A stretch of DNA of 64,000 bases from a virus. Lineage: Duplodnaviria; Caudoviricetes. The DNA lies in the IMG/VR virus record IMGVR_UViG_3300009108_000480. The stretch is one strand, 5' to 3'. A program made the translations under genes and the position numbers. Below are positions 47,657 to 56,911 of the stretch, in pieces (position 1 is the first letter of the stretch; each line of letters starts with the position of its first letter). The notes beneath the pieces are model-generated. The model had not been told where the DNA came from and made no database searches. It worked only from the letters and a program-made list of their open reading frames with translations.

Positions 47657-50600
47657 ATGATTAACGCAAAGTTAAGGAAGATTTTATTAAGCACAGCTCT
47701 TGCTACGACTCTATCAGCTTGTGGAGGCGGTGGCGGTGGTTCTGGTGCTGGTGTTGTAAATGATTTTGTTCAAGGTGATTTATCTAATTTATCAGGATCA
47801 AGTTCTATTGTAAGTTCTTATTCAAGTTTATTATCAAATTTCCAATCAACTATTTCAAGTGGAAACTATTCTAGTTTACAAGCAGTATTAACAGGACCCG
47901 ATGCAGATGATATAGAGACAGCAAATACACTATTATCAATGTTAAACCAAGCAGAAACACTTTGGTCTCAAACAGAAGATTTAATATCAAGTAAAGACGA
48001 TTCAACAAAATATACAATATATAATTCTAATTCATATAAAGAAGCATACGCGGCCATGATTTATTTGAGAGATCATGTTAAACCTATTATACAAAAAGTA
48101 TCAAATGGTAATGCAGTATCTCTAACAGAATACAATTTGGTTGCAAAAGAAGATAAAGCACAAGAAATTATTAATACAGAAAAAGATACAACTGCAACAA
48201 GTTATGCTGAAACTAAAAAAATTAAAAGTACAGAAACAGTAAGTGGTACATCTACAGTTTCAACAGTTGATACAGTAGGTACTGCTGAAGCATCAACTTC
48301 AACAAGTGACTGGACAACTGTAAATGCTGGTGGTGGACAAGAAACAAGAACAATTACAATTACTACTCCAAATTACCGAACTACTACAACAACACCTTGT
48401 ACAATAGTTAGAAAAACTTTATTAAATGGTACAACAGTTGATAGTGCCTGTACATATGGAACACCGGTTGTTTCTACAATAGCTTTAGATCCAACAGTAG
48501 AAACTTCAACAGAAACTAGAGAAGGTGACAATCCAGTAATAACATCAGAAACTCTTGAAGCTACGGTTAATACAGTTACTGAAACCAACGATCAATATGT
48601 TGTGACAAATTATGCAGATGCAGAAGATACAAATACAACTACTGCAAACGGAACTGCGGTTACTACAACTGCAAACAGAGATGTTGTTACAGATGTTGAT
48701 AATGGTGACAACACTACGACAAGAACAACCGTAAGATATGTTGATACTACAATTACTACACCAGTCACAACTACGGTAACAAGAACAAGAACTTACACAG
48801 ATATTACAAAACAAAATTCTAGAACAATTACAACTACAACACCACAAACAAAGGTTACATATAAAGACGGTACATCAGAAACTATTTCAGGTACTGCAAC
48901 AGTAGTGACAAGTGATTGGACAGTTAATACAATTAGTACTGCTACAAGAACAGAAGAACTACCAGTTAGTGAAACAACTGCTAATACAGTTTCTACTTCA
49001 AGTAATTCAGGTACACAAATTGCACAGGTTACAATTTCAAACGCATACACAGATCAAGATACAACACTAGGTACAAAAACAGAAAATATGTCTACAGTTG
49101 TAAATGATCACAAAACAACTGAATACAATACAAACCACGGATTGAATACTATAAATGCCGCAGATGCTTATGCAAAAGGATGGACAGGTAAAGGTGCAGT
49201 ATTAGGAATAATTGATACATACCAACAAACTGATCACCCAGAATTAAGTGGCAAATATAAATGGTACAATGATTATACAAGATATGATAATACAGTATCT
49301 ACATCAGGCAATACACAAGTTCACGGTACACACGTTGCAGGTATTATAGCAGGTAAAAAAAATAATACAGGAAATCACGGTGTGGCGTTTGATGCCGAAT
49401 TAGTTGGTGCCAACGTTGACTATTATGGATATGGTGGTATTTCAAAAAGTTATGCTCAACAGGCATTACATGATTTTGCAAAATTAAAAGATCCAAATGG
49501 CGAAAATTTAAACATTGTCGCAGTTAATATGAGTTGGAATACTCCAACATTGTTTACTAATGGACAAGGTAGTACAGTAACTCAATTAGGAGATGGCACA
49601 TATAACGCATCAGAAATTACTTCAAAAATGGACAATGGTGATGGAAATGCAAAATATTATAAAGTAGCAACTGACAACGATATTATTTTAGTAAACTCTG
49701 CAGGTAACTATGGATTCAATCACTCAGGTGATCCCGGTATTTGGGCAGTAGAAGTAGATGCAAGTGGAAACCTTATATTAGGTGGCAAAATGATTATTGT
49801 AGGTAACTGGGATAACGGAACAATTGCAGGTAATAAAGCAGGTCACGTATGTTTAGACATTTCTAATAATGCTTGTAATGACCAATACAAAGTTTCAGAC
49901 TTTTATATTTTAGCACCAGGTAATCTTATCAATAGTTCTGTTCCAACTCATTTAGGTGGCAATGGATATATGAATATGTCTGGTACTAGTATGGCGGCAC
50001 CACACGTAACTGGAGCATTTGGTGTAATAAATCAAATGTGGCCACACATGAAAGGTGACAATCTTGTTAAACTTATATTGTCTACTGCAAATAAAAATAT
50101 ATATGGTTATAATGTAAACACACACGGACAAGGTTTATTAGATTTAAGTGAAGCAACAAAACCACAAGGTGCAACAGGTATTCCAACAACAGGTAGAACA
50201 AACGGACCAATTATAAATGTATATGGAACATATTTTGCAACTGGTACTGCGTTGCCAAGTAATTTAGCAAATTTAAAAGTAATGATATTGGATGAATATG
50301 AAAGAGATTATTATCTAAATTTAGGATCAAGTTTTTCAGTTAAAGATATGAGAAAAGTATCTGATATAGATATGATGATGAATGGACACACATATCTTCC
50401 AATTCAATCTATGTACGGAAATTTTGCACAAGGTGGCAATTATGATTTAGGATATATGAACTTTGGTATATACTCAGGTGAAAATGGAAATGGAGACTTT
50501 TCAGCAAATATAGGTAAAAACTTTATGTTAAGTAATAAATTTAAATTAAAAACATCAATTGGACAAATGAATGAACAAGACAACTGGTTAGGTAACTCTT

Positions 50601-51268
50601 CAAGTGGTGCATTAGCAGTTGGTGATAATAACATTACAAATTTTGGACAAATAGGTATTGAATATCAATTAGGTAACAATGTGTTAAGTTTTGATTATTC
50701 AAAAGGTTATACAGATGTTAATACAACTGATAATAGTTTAATAACAGGATTTGATAACATTGAAACAGAATCTATGAAACTAGCATATGAAGTACACAAG
50801 GATCAAAATAATTCTTGGGGATTCTCATTATCAACACCAAGTCATATTACAAATGGTACAATGAATTTAACGGTTCCTGAATCAAGAACATTAGATGGTG
50901 ATGTTAATTATACAACTATCGAATCTGATATGAGTCCTTCTAAAATTGAAAAAGATATTGGATTCTTTTATAATCACACACCAACAAATGATATGGATGC
51001 ATCTTGGAACTTTAAAGCAGAATACAGACAAGATATTGCTGGACAAGATGGACACGATGGTGTTAGTTTAGGATTTAACTATGTTAAAAAATTACACACA
51101 AATTGTAAATTTTTATGGATGAAAAATCCAAAATGTTACGAAAAAGATGGCAAAACTTTAAAAGCAAATTTATACGGTGACAGCAGAAATAATAATTCAA
51201 TAGCATTAACACACGGATTAGTTTACGATTTAGAAACAGACAAATTCGTTCCAATTAAAAAGAAATAA
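47657..51268 (+). CDS. Lipoprotein S8 subtilase with Thr-rich stalk and probable C-terminal beta-barrel
   Basis: Lipobox LSAC-GGGG; triad GIIDT, HGTHVAG, GTSMAAPHV; oxyanion NSAGN; HGQGLLDL; amphipathic beta-strand C-terminus. Confidence 0.9.
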   Translation: MINAKLRKILLSTALATTLSACGGGGGGSGAGVVNDFVQGDLSNLSGSSSIVSSYSSLLSNFQSTISSGNYSSLQAVLTGPDADDIETANTLLSMLNQAETLWSQTEDLISSKDDSTKYTIYNSNSYKEAYAAMIYLRDHVKPIIQKVSNGNAVSLTEYNLVAKEDKAQEIINTEKDTTATSYAETKKIKSTETVSGTSTVSTVDTVGTAEASTSTSDWTTVNAGGGQETRTITITTPNYRTTTTTPCTIVRKTLLNGTTVDSACTYGTPVVSTIALDPTVETSTETREGDNPVITSETLEATVNTVTETNDQYVVTNYADAEDTNTTTANGTAVTTTANRDVVTDVDNGDNTTTRTTVRYVDTTITTPVTTTVTRTRTYTDITKQNSRTITTTTPQTKVTYKDGTSETISGTATVVTSDWTVNTISTATRTEELPVSETTANTVSTSSNSGTQIAQVTISNAYTDQDTTLGTKTENMSTVVNDHKTTEYNTNHGLNTINAADAYAKGWTGKGAVLGIIDTYQQTDHPELSGKYKWYNDYTRYDNTVSTSGNTQVHGTHVAGIIAGKKNNTGNHGVAFDAELVGANVDYYGYGGISKSYAQQALHDFAKLKDPNGENLNIVAVNMSWNTPTLFTNGQGSTVTQLGDGTYNASEITSKMDNGDGNAKYYKVATDNDIILVNSAGNYGFNHSGDPGIWAVEVDASGNLILGGKMIIVGNWDNGTIAGNKAGHVCLDISNNACNDQYKVSDFYILAPGNLINSSVPTHLGGNGYMNMSGTSMAAPHVTGAFGVINQMWPHMKGDNLVKLILSTANKNIYGYNVNTHGQGLLDLSEATKPQGATGIPTTGRTNGPIINVYGTYFATGTALPSNLANLKVMILDEYERDYYLNLGSSFSVKDMRKVSDIDMMMNGHTYLPIQSMYGNFAQGGNYDLGYMNFGIYSGENGNGDFSANIGKNFMLSNKFKLKTSIGQMNEQDNWLGNSSSGALAVGDNNITNFGQIGIEYQLGNNVLSFDYSKGYTDVNTTDNSLITGFDNIETESMKLAYEVHKDQNNSWGFSLSTPSHITNGTMNLTVPESRTLDGDVNYTTIESDMSPSKIEKDIGFFYNHTPTNDMDASWNFKAEYRQDIAGQDGHDGVSLGFNYVKKLHTNCKFLWMKNPKCYEKDGKTLKANLYGDSRNNNSIALTHGLVYDLETDKFVPIKKK

Positions 51269-51269
51269 C

Positions 51270-51464
51270 ATGGATCAAGTTGAAATCGTTTGCACAGAGA
51301 ATGGTAAAATCAAAACTGCAGACGTATTATCACATACTGACAAATATTTAAAAGTAGTTGTAGAAGGTACTCAAATAACTATAGAACTATTCAGAAACGA
51401 TGTAAATAAATCATATATAGGACATAAGTCCGGATTGGAATTTACATGGAAACCGAAAAATTAA
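51270..51464 (+). CDS. Hypothetical protein
   Basis: Coupled small ORF. Confidence 0.6.
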   Translation: MDQVEIVCTENGKIKTADVLSHTDKYLKVVVEGTQITIELFRNDVNKSYIGHKSGLEFTWKPKN

Positions 51465-52006
51465 CATTTAAAATTGAATTGTCTTCAACATATTGGGACA
51501 CACCCCCAATAGCAGAAATAAAACTTAATAAATCAAGCGATAAAACAATCACCGATGTTGATAATAAAAATCTCTTTGATTATGATTCTAACAAACCTAT
51601 ACTTAACATTGATAATTCATATTTCAAAAATGAAATTACTAGTACAAAAAATAAACCAACTATAATTACATTTGAACACGAACTTGAACACAATAAATCA
51701 TACGATTTTATTATAAAGAGAACTAACAAAACTCCCAAGCAAACTATTGTTGAAGATGGCAAAATTGTTAAAGACCAAGCATTACATATCGGTCAAATAA
51801 CAATTGATGAAATTGATATAGGAGCATTAGTATACGAAGGTATATATAGACCAGAATATCCTGAACCATGGGCATCACAACAAGCAAAAGCAGGTAACAA
51901 ATTGCCTGAGACCTTTAAAAATGTAACTGAAATGGGTCATAACGGATCTTGGACATTCACATTCACTTCTCCCTTTTATATGTGGTTACTTGAGAACCTT
52001 TACTAA
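51446..52006 (+). CDS. Hypothetical beta-rich protein (paralog of 20004..20567)
   Basis: Shared TxKxPKxTxVxxxKIxxD and GxWxxxxxxP segments. Confidence 0.65.
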   Translation: METEKLTFKIELSSTYWDTPPIAEIKLNKSSDKTITDVDNKNLFDYDSNKPILNIDNSYFKNEITSTKNKPTIITFEHELEHNKSYDFIIKRTNKTPKQTIVEDGKIVKDQALHIGQITIDEIDIGALVYEGIYRPEYPEPWASQQAKAGNKLPETFKNVTEMGHNGSWTFTFTSPFYMWLLENLY

Positions 52007-52012
52007 TAAATA
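52006..52012 (+). promoter_or_regulatory. Late-type motif ATAAATA
   Basis: 6 nt before ATG 52019. Confidence 0.6.
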
Positions 52013-52018
52013 TGCTTA

Positions 52019-52387
52019 ATGAGAGCATATCAATTCATAACAGAAGCACAAGACTCTGACGCAGTAAACGAGCTAGACTCGTACATAATGAATAACGAAG
52101 ATTTATATCGTAGACGTTTTATGCCTATTATTGAAAACATTAAAAGAAAAATGAGAAGAGGTATATACGACCATGAAAAAGTAATTAAATTATGGATGTA
52201 CCTTGTAGATGATGCGGCCAGAGAATATGTTAAAGAATTTGGCACACCAGATCAAGATGTTAAAGATATGTTTCCAAAAGAAACTAGATTAAAAGTTGCT
52301 CAAGTAATAGCAGATAGAGAAAAGGAAAATATAGAAAAAGGCGAATACGATGTTGTTAAAGGAACTGTTTCTCAAAGAGGACGGTAG
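52019..52387 (+). CDS. Hypothetical protein with CTS-like N-terminus
   Basis: Starts MRAYQFITE. Confidence 0.65.
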   Translation: MRAYQFITEAQDSDAVNELDSYIMNNEDLYRRRFMPIIENIKRKMRRGIYDHEKVIKLWMYLVDDAAREYVKEFGTPDQDVKDMFPKETRLKVAQVIADREKENIEKGEYDVVKGTVSQRGR

Positions 52388-53519
52388 GGCAACAGCCGTT
52401 TTTGCTTTTGGCCGATTTAATCCTCCCACAATAGGACACCAAAAATTAATTGAACTGGTCCAAGCCCAGGCTAAAAAAGTTAATGGCAAAGGATTTATTT
52501 TTCTATCTCATACACAAAACGCAAAAAAAGATCCACTTTCTTTTAATCAAAAGTTAGCATATCTACGAACTTTAATAAATGATCCAGATTTAGAAATTGG
52601 ACATAGTGAAGCAAATACAGTCATAAAAGCATTACAAGTTATTGAAGCACAAGGCAGAACAAGAGTTATAATGGTTGCTGGTAGTGATAGAGTAATGGAA
52701 TTTGATAAACTGTTAAAACAATATAATGGCAAACCAGATCAAAAAGGCAACGAACTTTATAATTTTGATTTTGTAGATGTTATAAGTGCTGGAGAAAGAG
52801 ATCCAGACGCAGAAGGTATATCAGGTGCTTCGGCATCTAAGGCAAGAGAGTTTGCACAAAACGATGATTTTGCAAATTTTTCTAAAATTGTAATGGGCGG
52901 TACAAAAAGTAAAACAATTTACCAAATGATTCAAAATGCTATGGGTGTAAAAGTTGCAATGAACAACGAAAAGTTGTACAATGAACAAATGGAAAATAAA
53001 CCTATAGTGTATATAGATATGGATGGAGTATTAGCTGATTTCTTTGGAGGCGTGGAAAAACTATATGGCGTAGAACATTGGAAACAATTAACATCAGATA
53101 AAACAAAAGATTTAAAACAAGAAGTAATTAATCGAATTACTGGCACTGACTTTTTTGCAACACTCCCAGAATTTCCAAATGCTGATCAATTAATTACTTT
53201 GGTTAAAAAATTTACTGGAGGTTCGTTTTCTATTCTAACATCACCACTACGGGGTGATCATGAAGTTTCGTCAAAATACAAAAAACTATGGATTGAACAA
53301 CATATTGAAAAACCAGATGAAACTATTATTACTGGAAGAAAAGAATCATACGCAAAAGACAAAGCATCAGGTACACCAAATATACTAATTGACGACAGAC
53401 CAGTTAATATTGAACGTTGGCAAGGGGCAGGCGGATATGGAATTTTATACCAAGCGAATAGAGATCCATTAAGTAAAGTACAACAAGCACTTGACAACTA
53501 TGGACAAAACGATCAATAA
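52350..53519 (+). CDS. HIGH-family nucleotidyltransferase fused to 5'(3')-deoxyribonucleotidase-like HAD domain
   Basis: FGRFNPPTIGH, MVAGSDR, SASKAR; then IVYIDMDGVLADF, ILTSP, LIDD. Confidence 0.82.
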   Translation: MLLKELFLKEDGRATAVFAFGRFNPPTIGHQKLIELVQAQAKKVNGKGFIFLSHTQNAKKDPLSFNQKLAYLRTLINDPDLEIGHSEANTVIKALQVIEAQGRTRVIMVAGSDRVMEFDKLLKQYNGKPDQKGNELYNFDFVDVISAGERDPDAEGISGASASKAREFAQNDDFANFSKIVMGGTKSKTIYQMIQNAMGVKVAMNNEKLYNEQMENKPIVYIDMDGVLADFFGGVEKLYGVEHWKQLTSDKTKDLKQEVINRITGTDFFATLPEFPNADQLITLVKKFTGGSFSILTSPLRGDHEVSSKYKKLWIEQHIEKPDETIITGRKESYAKDKASGTPNILIDDRPVNIERWQGAGGYGILYQANRDPLSKVQQALDNYGQNDQ

Positions 53520-54693
53520 ACATTTCTGCATTCAGCCCTTTATAAACGTAACTACAAGAATTACCGGAAATCACAACGTCTGTTGTAATACTACATTTAA
53601 AGACAGCAATATAAAAAAACAAACTTCATACGATTTTTTTAATTCCGATAAAGTTAAAAAAATGAGAAATGACTTGTTAAATGGTAAAAGATTAGCTGAT
53701 TGCCGTTTATGTCAATATCAAGAAAAAAGTGGACATCATAGTCATAGACAAAAATATAATGAATACTATTTTATTAAAAACAAACAATCCTCTGATTATT
53801 ATAAAAATATTGTAGAAAAATTACATATTAATACTTTGCAAAGACCTTTATATGTTGATATACATATTAGTAACCTATGCAATTTAAAATGTTTAACTTG
53901 CAACGAACGTGATAGCAGTATGTTTCATGCTGAAAACAAAATATTAGGTATTAGTGAGGCTCCTAACACAAATTATACAAAATTTGTAGTAGATACTGTT
54001 GATGCAATTAAGGAAATAATACATCCAAGATTATTGTTTTTAGATATACGAGGTGGAGAAACTTTAATGGTTCCCGAAATAAAAAAAGTCTTATCTACTA
54101 TTCCTAACGATATTGCAAAAAATATTACTTTAAAAATACAAACAAATGGAACAATCTTTCCTGATAAAACCTGGGTATCAATATTCAAAAAATTTAAAAA
54201 TACCAAAGTAAATGTAAGTATCGATGCATATAAAGATGCTAACACTTACATAAGATATCCTTCCGATTGGCAAAAAATATTAAACACAATAGAATATTTA
54301 AAACAACAAAATATTAAATTTATTATAAACACAGTAGTATCTAATCTTAATATATTAAAACTAGACAAATTGCTTAACTGGATAAAAGAAAAAAAATATT
54401 TAAATTACTTCTATATACTAGATGCTCCATTACATTATAGACCTACAAATTTACCAAAACAAATCTTAAAATTAGCAGGTAAACGATTATCTAATATAAG
54501 CAAAGACTTTACTAACAAAGAAATAACTAAAGCAATTGATCAATTAATAGATATGTGCTATAACACAAATAACTTTAACATTAAAAATTGGCAAACATTT
54601 TGCAAAGAAGTACATATAAGAGATAAACATCGAAACAATAATATATTAAATACATTACCCGAACTAGAAGGACATCTTAATGCCAAAATTTGA
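53491..54693 (+). CDS. Radical SAM protein with SPASM/twitch-type Cys clusters
   Basis: FCIQPF..VCC, CRLC, SNLCNLKCLTC, GGETL, TNGT, VSID. Confidence 0.85.
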   Translation: MTTMDKTINKHFCIQPFINVTTRITGNHNVCCNTTFKDSNIKKQTSYDFFNSDKVKKMRNDLLNGKRLADCRLCQYQEKSGHHSHRQKYNEYYFIKNKQSSDYYKNIVEKLHINTLQRPLYVDIHISNLCNLKCLTCNERDSSMFHAENKILGISEAPNTNYTKFVVDTVDAIKEIIHPRLLFLDIRGGETLMVPEIKKVLSTIPNDIAKNITLKIQTNGTIFPDKTWVSIFKKFKNTKVNVSIDAYKDANTYIRYPSDWQKILNTIEYLKQQNIKFIINTVVSNLNILKLDKLLNWIKEKKYLNYFYILDAPLHYRPTNLPKQILKLAGKRLSNISKDFTNKEITKAIDQLIDMCYNTNNFNIKNWQTFCKEVHIRDKHRNNNILNTLPELEGHLNAKI

Positions 54694-54850
54694 AGGAATC
54701 AATAAAAATTATTCATCCGATAAAGAATATAAAAAATCAACACAAGAAGAACGTGATCGTATGATGAAAGAATTTCTTGCCAAAGGTGGCAAAATACAAA
54801 AAATACCTTCTAAAGTAACAAAACAAATGATAGAAAAGGGTAAGTTTTAA
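54680..54850 (+). CDS. Small protein (56 aa) with SutA-like RNAP-binding motif
   Basis: MPKFEGINKNYSSDKEYKKSTQEERDRMMKEFLAKGGKIQKIPSKVTKQMIEKGKF*; not in the ORF track. Confidence 0.6.
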   Translation: MPKFEGINKNYSSDKEYKKSTQEERDRMMKEFLAKGGKIQKIPSKVTKQMIEKGKF

Positions 54851-54866
54851 AAGCATCTACCTAAAA

Positions 54867-54873
54867 ATAAATA
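54867..54873 (+). promoter_or_regulatory. Late-type motif ATAAATA
   Basis: 8 nt before ATG 54882. Confidence 0.55.
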
Positions 54874-54881
54874 CTGATATA

Positions 54882-55427
54882 ATGAATATCAGGAACCTAA
54901 TTAACCAAATTGACCAAATAGAAGAGACTAAAGCACACTATATACAGTCTAAACTACCCTATGGTCTTACAGATCTAGTGCCTGTAATGAGTAAGGACAC
55001 ACTAGACTATCATTATGGCAAACTATATAAAGGCTATGTAGATAAAGCTAACAAAAGTGAGGGCGGTGACTTCCAAATAGCAGGTGCATTCTTACACAGT
55101 TTATATTTTCCTCAATTTAAAGCTCCTGCAGGAGCTAACAGGCCAACTGGTGTTTCTAACGAATTTATAAATGATTTTGACAAGTTTAAAGAAGAATTTA
55201 CAAAAGCGGCAATGGGCATCCAAGGTTCAGGTTGGATCTATATGGATACAAGTGGTACAATTAAAACAATTAAAAATCATAAAGTTGTAAAAAATATTGC
55301 ACTATTAGTCGACTGGTGGGAACACGCATGGGCACTTGACTATCAAGCTGACAAGACAAAGTACCTAGTAAATACTTGGAAGATAATAAATTGGGACGTA
55401 GTTAACGATAGGATTAACGCAAAATGA
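54882..55427 (+). CDS. sod: Fe/Mn superoxide dismutase with N-terminal extension
   Basis: LPY..L.PVMS..TLDYHYGK, FLHSLYF, QGSGW, DWWEHAW (ligands H, H, D, H). Confidence 0.88.
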   Translation: MNIRNLINQIDQIEETKAHYIQSKLPYGLTDLVPVMSKDTLDYHYGKLYKGYVDKANKSEGGDFQIAGAFLHSLYFPQFKAPAGANRPTGVSNEFINDFDKFKEEFTKAAMGIQGSGWIYMDTSGTIKTIKNHKVVKNIALLVDWWEHAWALDYQADKTKYLVNTWKIINWDVVNDRINAK

Positions 55428-56032
55428 GAGCAAATGAATTTTTAGAAGGTCCACATGATCCTTATCAGTATAAAGCAATATTTTTTGCTGGCTCCCCAGG
55501 TGCAGGTAAAACATATGTTGCTAGAAAATTAGCAGGTGTATTCCAAGGATTAAAACAAGTGAACATGGATATTATTTTTAAACATCTTATGACAAGAAAA
55601 AACTTATCATGGAAAATGCCTCCAGAAGAAGAACCTGAACGAGAAAAACAAAGACAAAGATCAAAAGAATTAGTTACTAAACAACAACAATCATTATCTG
55701 ACAGTGGATTGGGTTTGCTAATAGATTCTACAGGTAGAATAGCTGGAACTGTTAGACGTATTAAAGACGAGTTAGAAGATAAAGGATATGAAACAACAAT
55801 GATATTTGTAACCACAGATTTACAAACTGCTTTACGCAGAAATAAAGAAAGAGAACGTACACTACCAGATAAACTTATACATCAAAATTTTGATATTATA
55901 GACCAAAGGTTGGGAGAATATCAACGTATGTTTAATGACGTACACGTTATTAATAATTCTGATATTGAACAAGATTCAATGCCTAAACAACTTGTACAAG
56001 TTGAAAAAAATATAAGGAAATTTTTACAATGA
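55424..56032 (+). CDS. P-loop kinase (zeta toxin/AAA_33-like)
   Basis: AIFFAGSPGAGKT, LIDSTG, ALRRNKERERTLP; starts MRANEFLE. Confidence 0.75.
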   Translation: MRANEFLEGPHDPYQYKAIFFAGSPGAGKTYVARKLAGVFQGLKQVNMDIIFKHLMTRKNLSWKMPPEEEPEREKQRQRSKELVTKQQQSLSDSGLGLLIDSTGRIAGTVRRIKDELEDKGYETTMIFVTTDLQTALRRNKERERTLPDKLIHQNFDIIDQRLGEYQRMFNDVHVINNSDIEQDSMPKQLVQVEKNIRKFLQ

Positions 56033-56277
56033 AAAAACTATTATGGCCATTAATAATGTTAAAGAATATAGTAGATCCTAATTACTGGGCAAATAAAATA
56101 GGCAATAAAACAGGTGCATATGATAAAGCACATAACAGTAAACTTGCACAATGGTCGCGTAGCCTTACAGGATGGAAATGGTGGGCATGGCAAATAGGTG
56201 GTGGTTTAGTATTTGTTGTTGTAATAGAGATGTTATTAAATTTTATAGGCCTTAGTATGTTGCCATGGAGATGGTAG
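56029..56277 (+). CDS. Hypothetical membrane protein
   Basis: Trp-rich, C-terminal TM. Confidence 0.6.
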   Translation: MKKLLWPLIMLKNIVDPNYWANKIGNKTGAYDKAHNSKLAQWSRSLTGWKWWAWQIGGGLVFVVVIEMLLNFIGLSMLPWRW

Positions 56278-56649
56278 ATGAAAAAACTGTTACTAACTTT
56301 ATTTTTTATATTATTTGCGTTTCCAGTATACGCATTAGAATTATTAATGGCACATAATCCTGCTTGTCATATTTGTGAAAGATTTATTAACGAAGTTGCA
56401 GTAGACTACAATGATTCTGATATAGCTAAAAAGCTACCATTGATAATTATTAGTGTATATGCACAACCCGAGTGGTTTAAACAAGCATATGCTGAAAATA
56501 GAATTAAAAAAATTAGAGGAACACCTACGTTTATAATATGGAATGGTAGAAAAGAATTAGGTAGAATTGTAGGATATCAAAGTAAAGGAAGATTTTACAG
56601 TAGACTTACAGAATTATTTCCTAAAGACTACTTTGAGGAGAAACAATGA
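56278..56649 (+). CDS. Exported thioredoxin-fold protein (SoxS-like)
   Basis: Signal peptide, CHIC, IRGTPTF..ELGRIVGY. Confidence 0.75.
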   Translation: MKKLLLTLFFILFAFPVYALELLMAHNPACHICERFINEVAVDYNDSDIAKKLPLIIISVYAQPEWFKQAYAENRIKKIRGTPTFIIWNGRKELGRIVGYQSKGRFYSRLTELFPKDYFEEKQ

Positions 56650-56894
56650 AAATAAATGAAATCATGGGTGAATGGGTAATAATGCCTCAGTCAATTAAAC
56701 CTATGGGTTTAATACGCAAAAAAGGTACTGGTCCAAATAATAGATTTGATTTTAAAAACAAATACAACAACAAAGCAAACGAAGTTGAAAAAGAAGATGC
56801 CATGGGCGTCGGTACTATTACAAAACAAAACACTACAAAAGATGTTAAACCGGGCGAAACACAACGACAATTAAAAAAATTACACCTTAGATAA
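56646..56894 (+). CDS. Hypothetical protein with CTS-like N-terminus
   Basis: Starts MKINEIMGE. Confidence 0.6.
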   Translation: MKINEIMGEWVIMPQSIKPMGLIRKKGTGPNNRFDFKNKYNNKANEVEKEDAMGVGTITKQNTTKDVKPGETQRQLKKLHLR

Positions 56895-56911
56895 TCCAAA
56901 TAATTACACAT

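Noticed and set aside
48230-49100. Thr-rich region of the subtilase as a DNA tandem repeat
   Set aside because: Compositional bias only; no repeating nucleotide unit.
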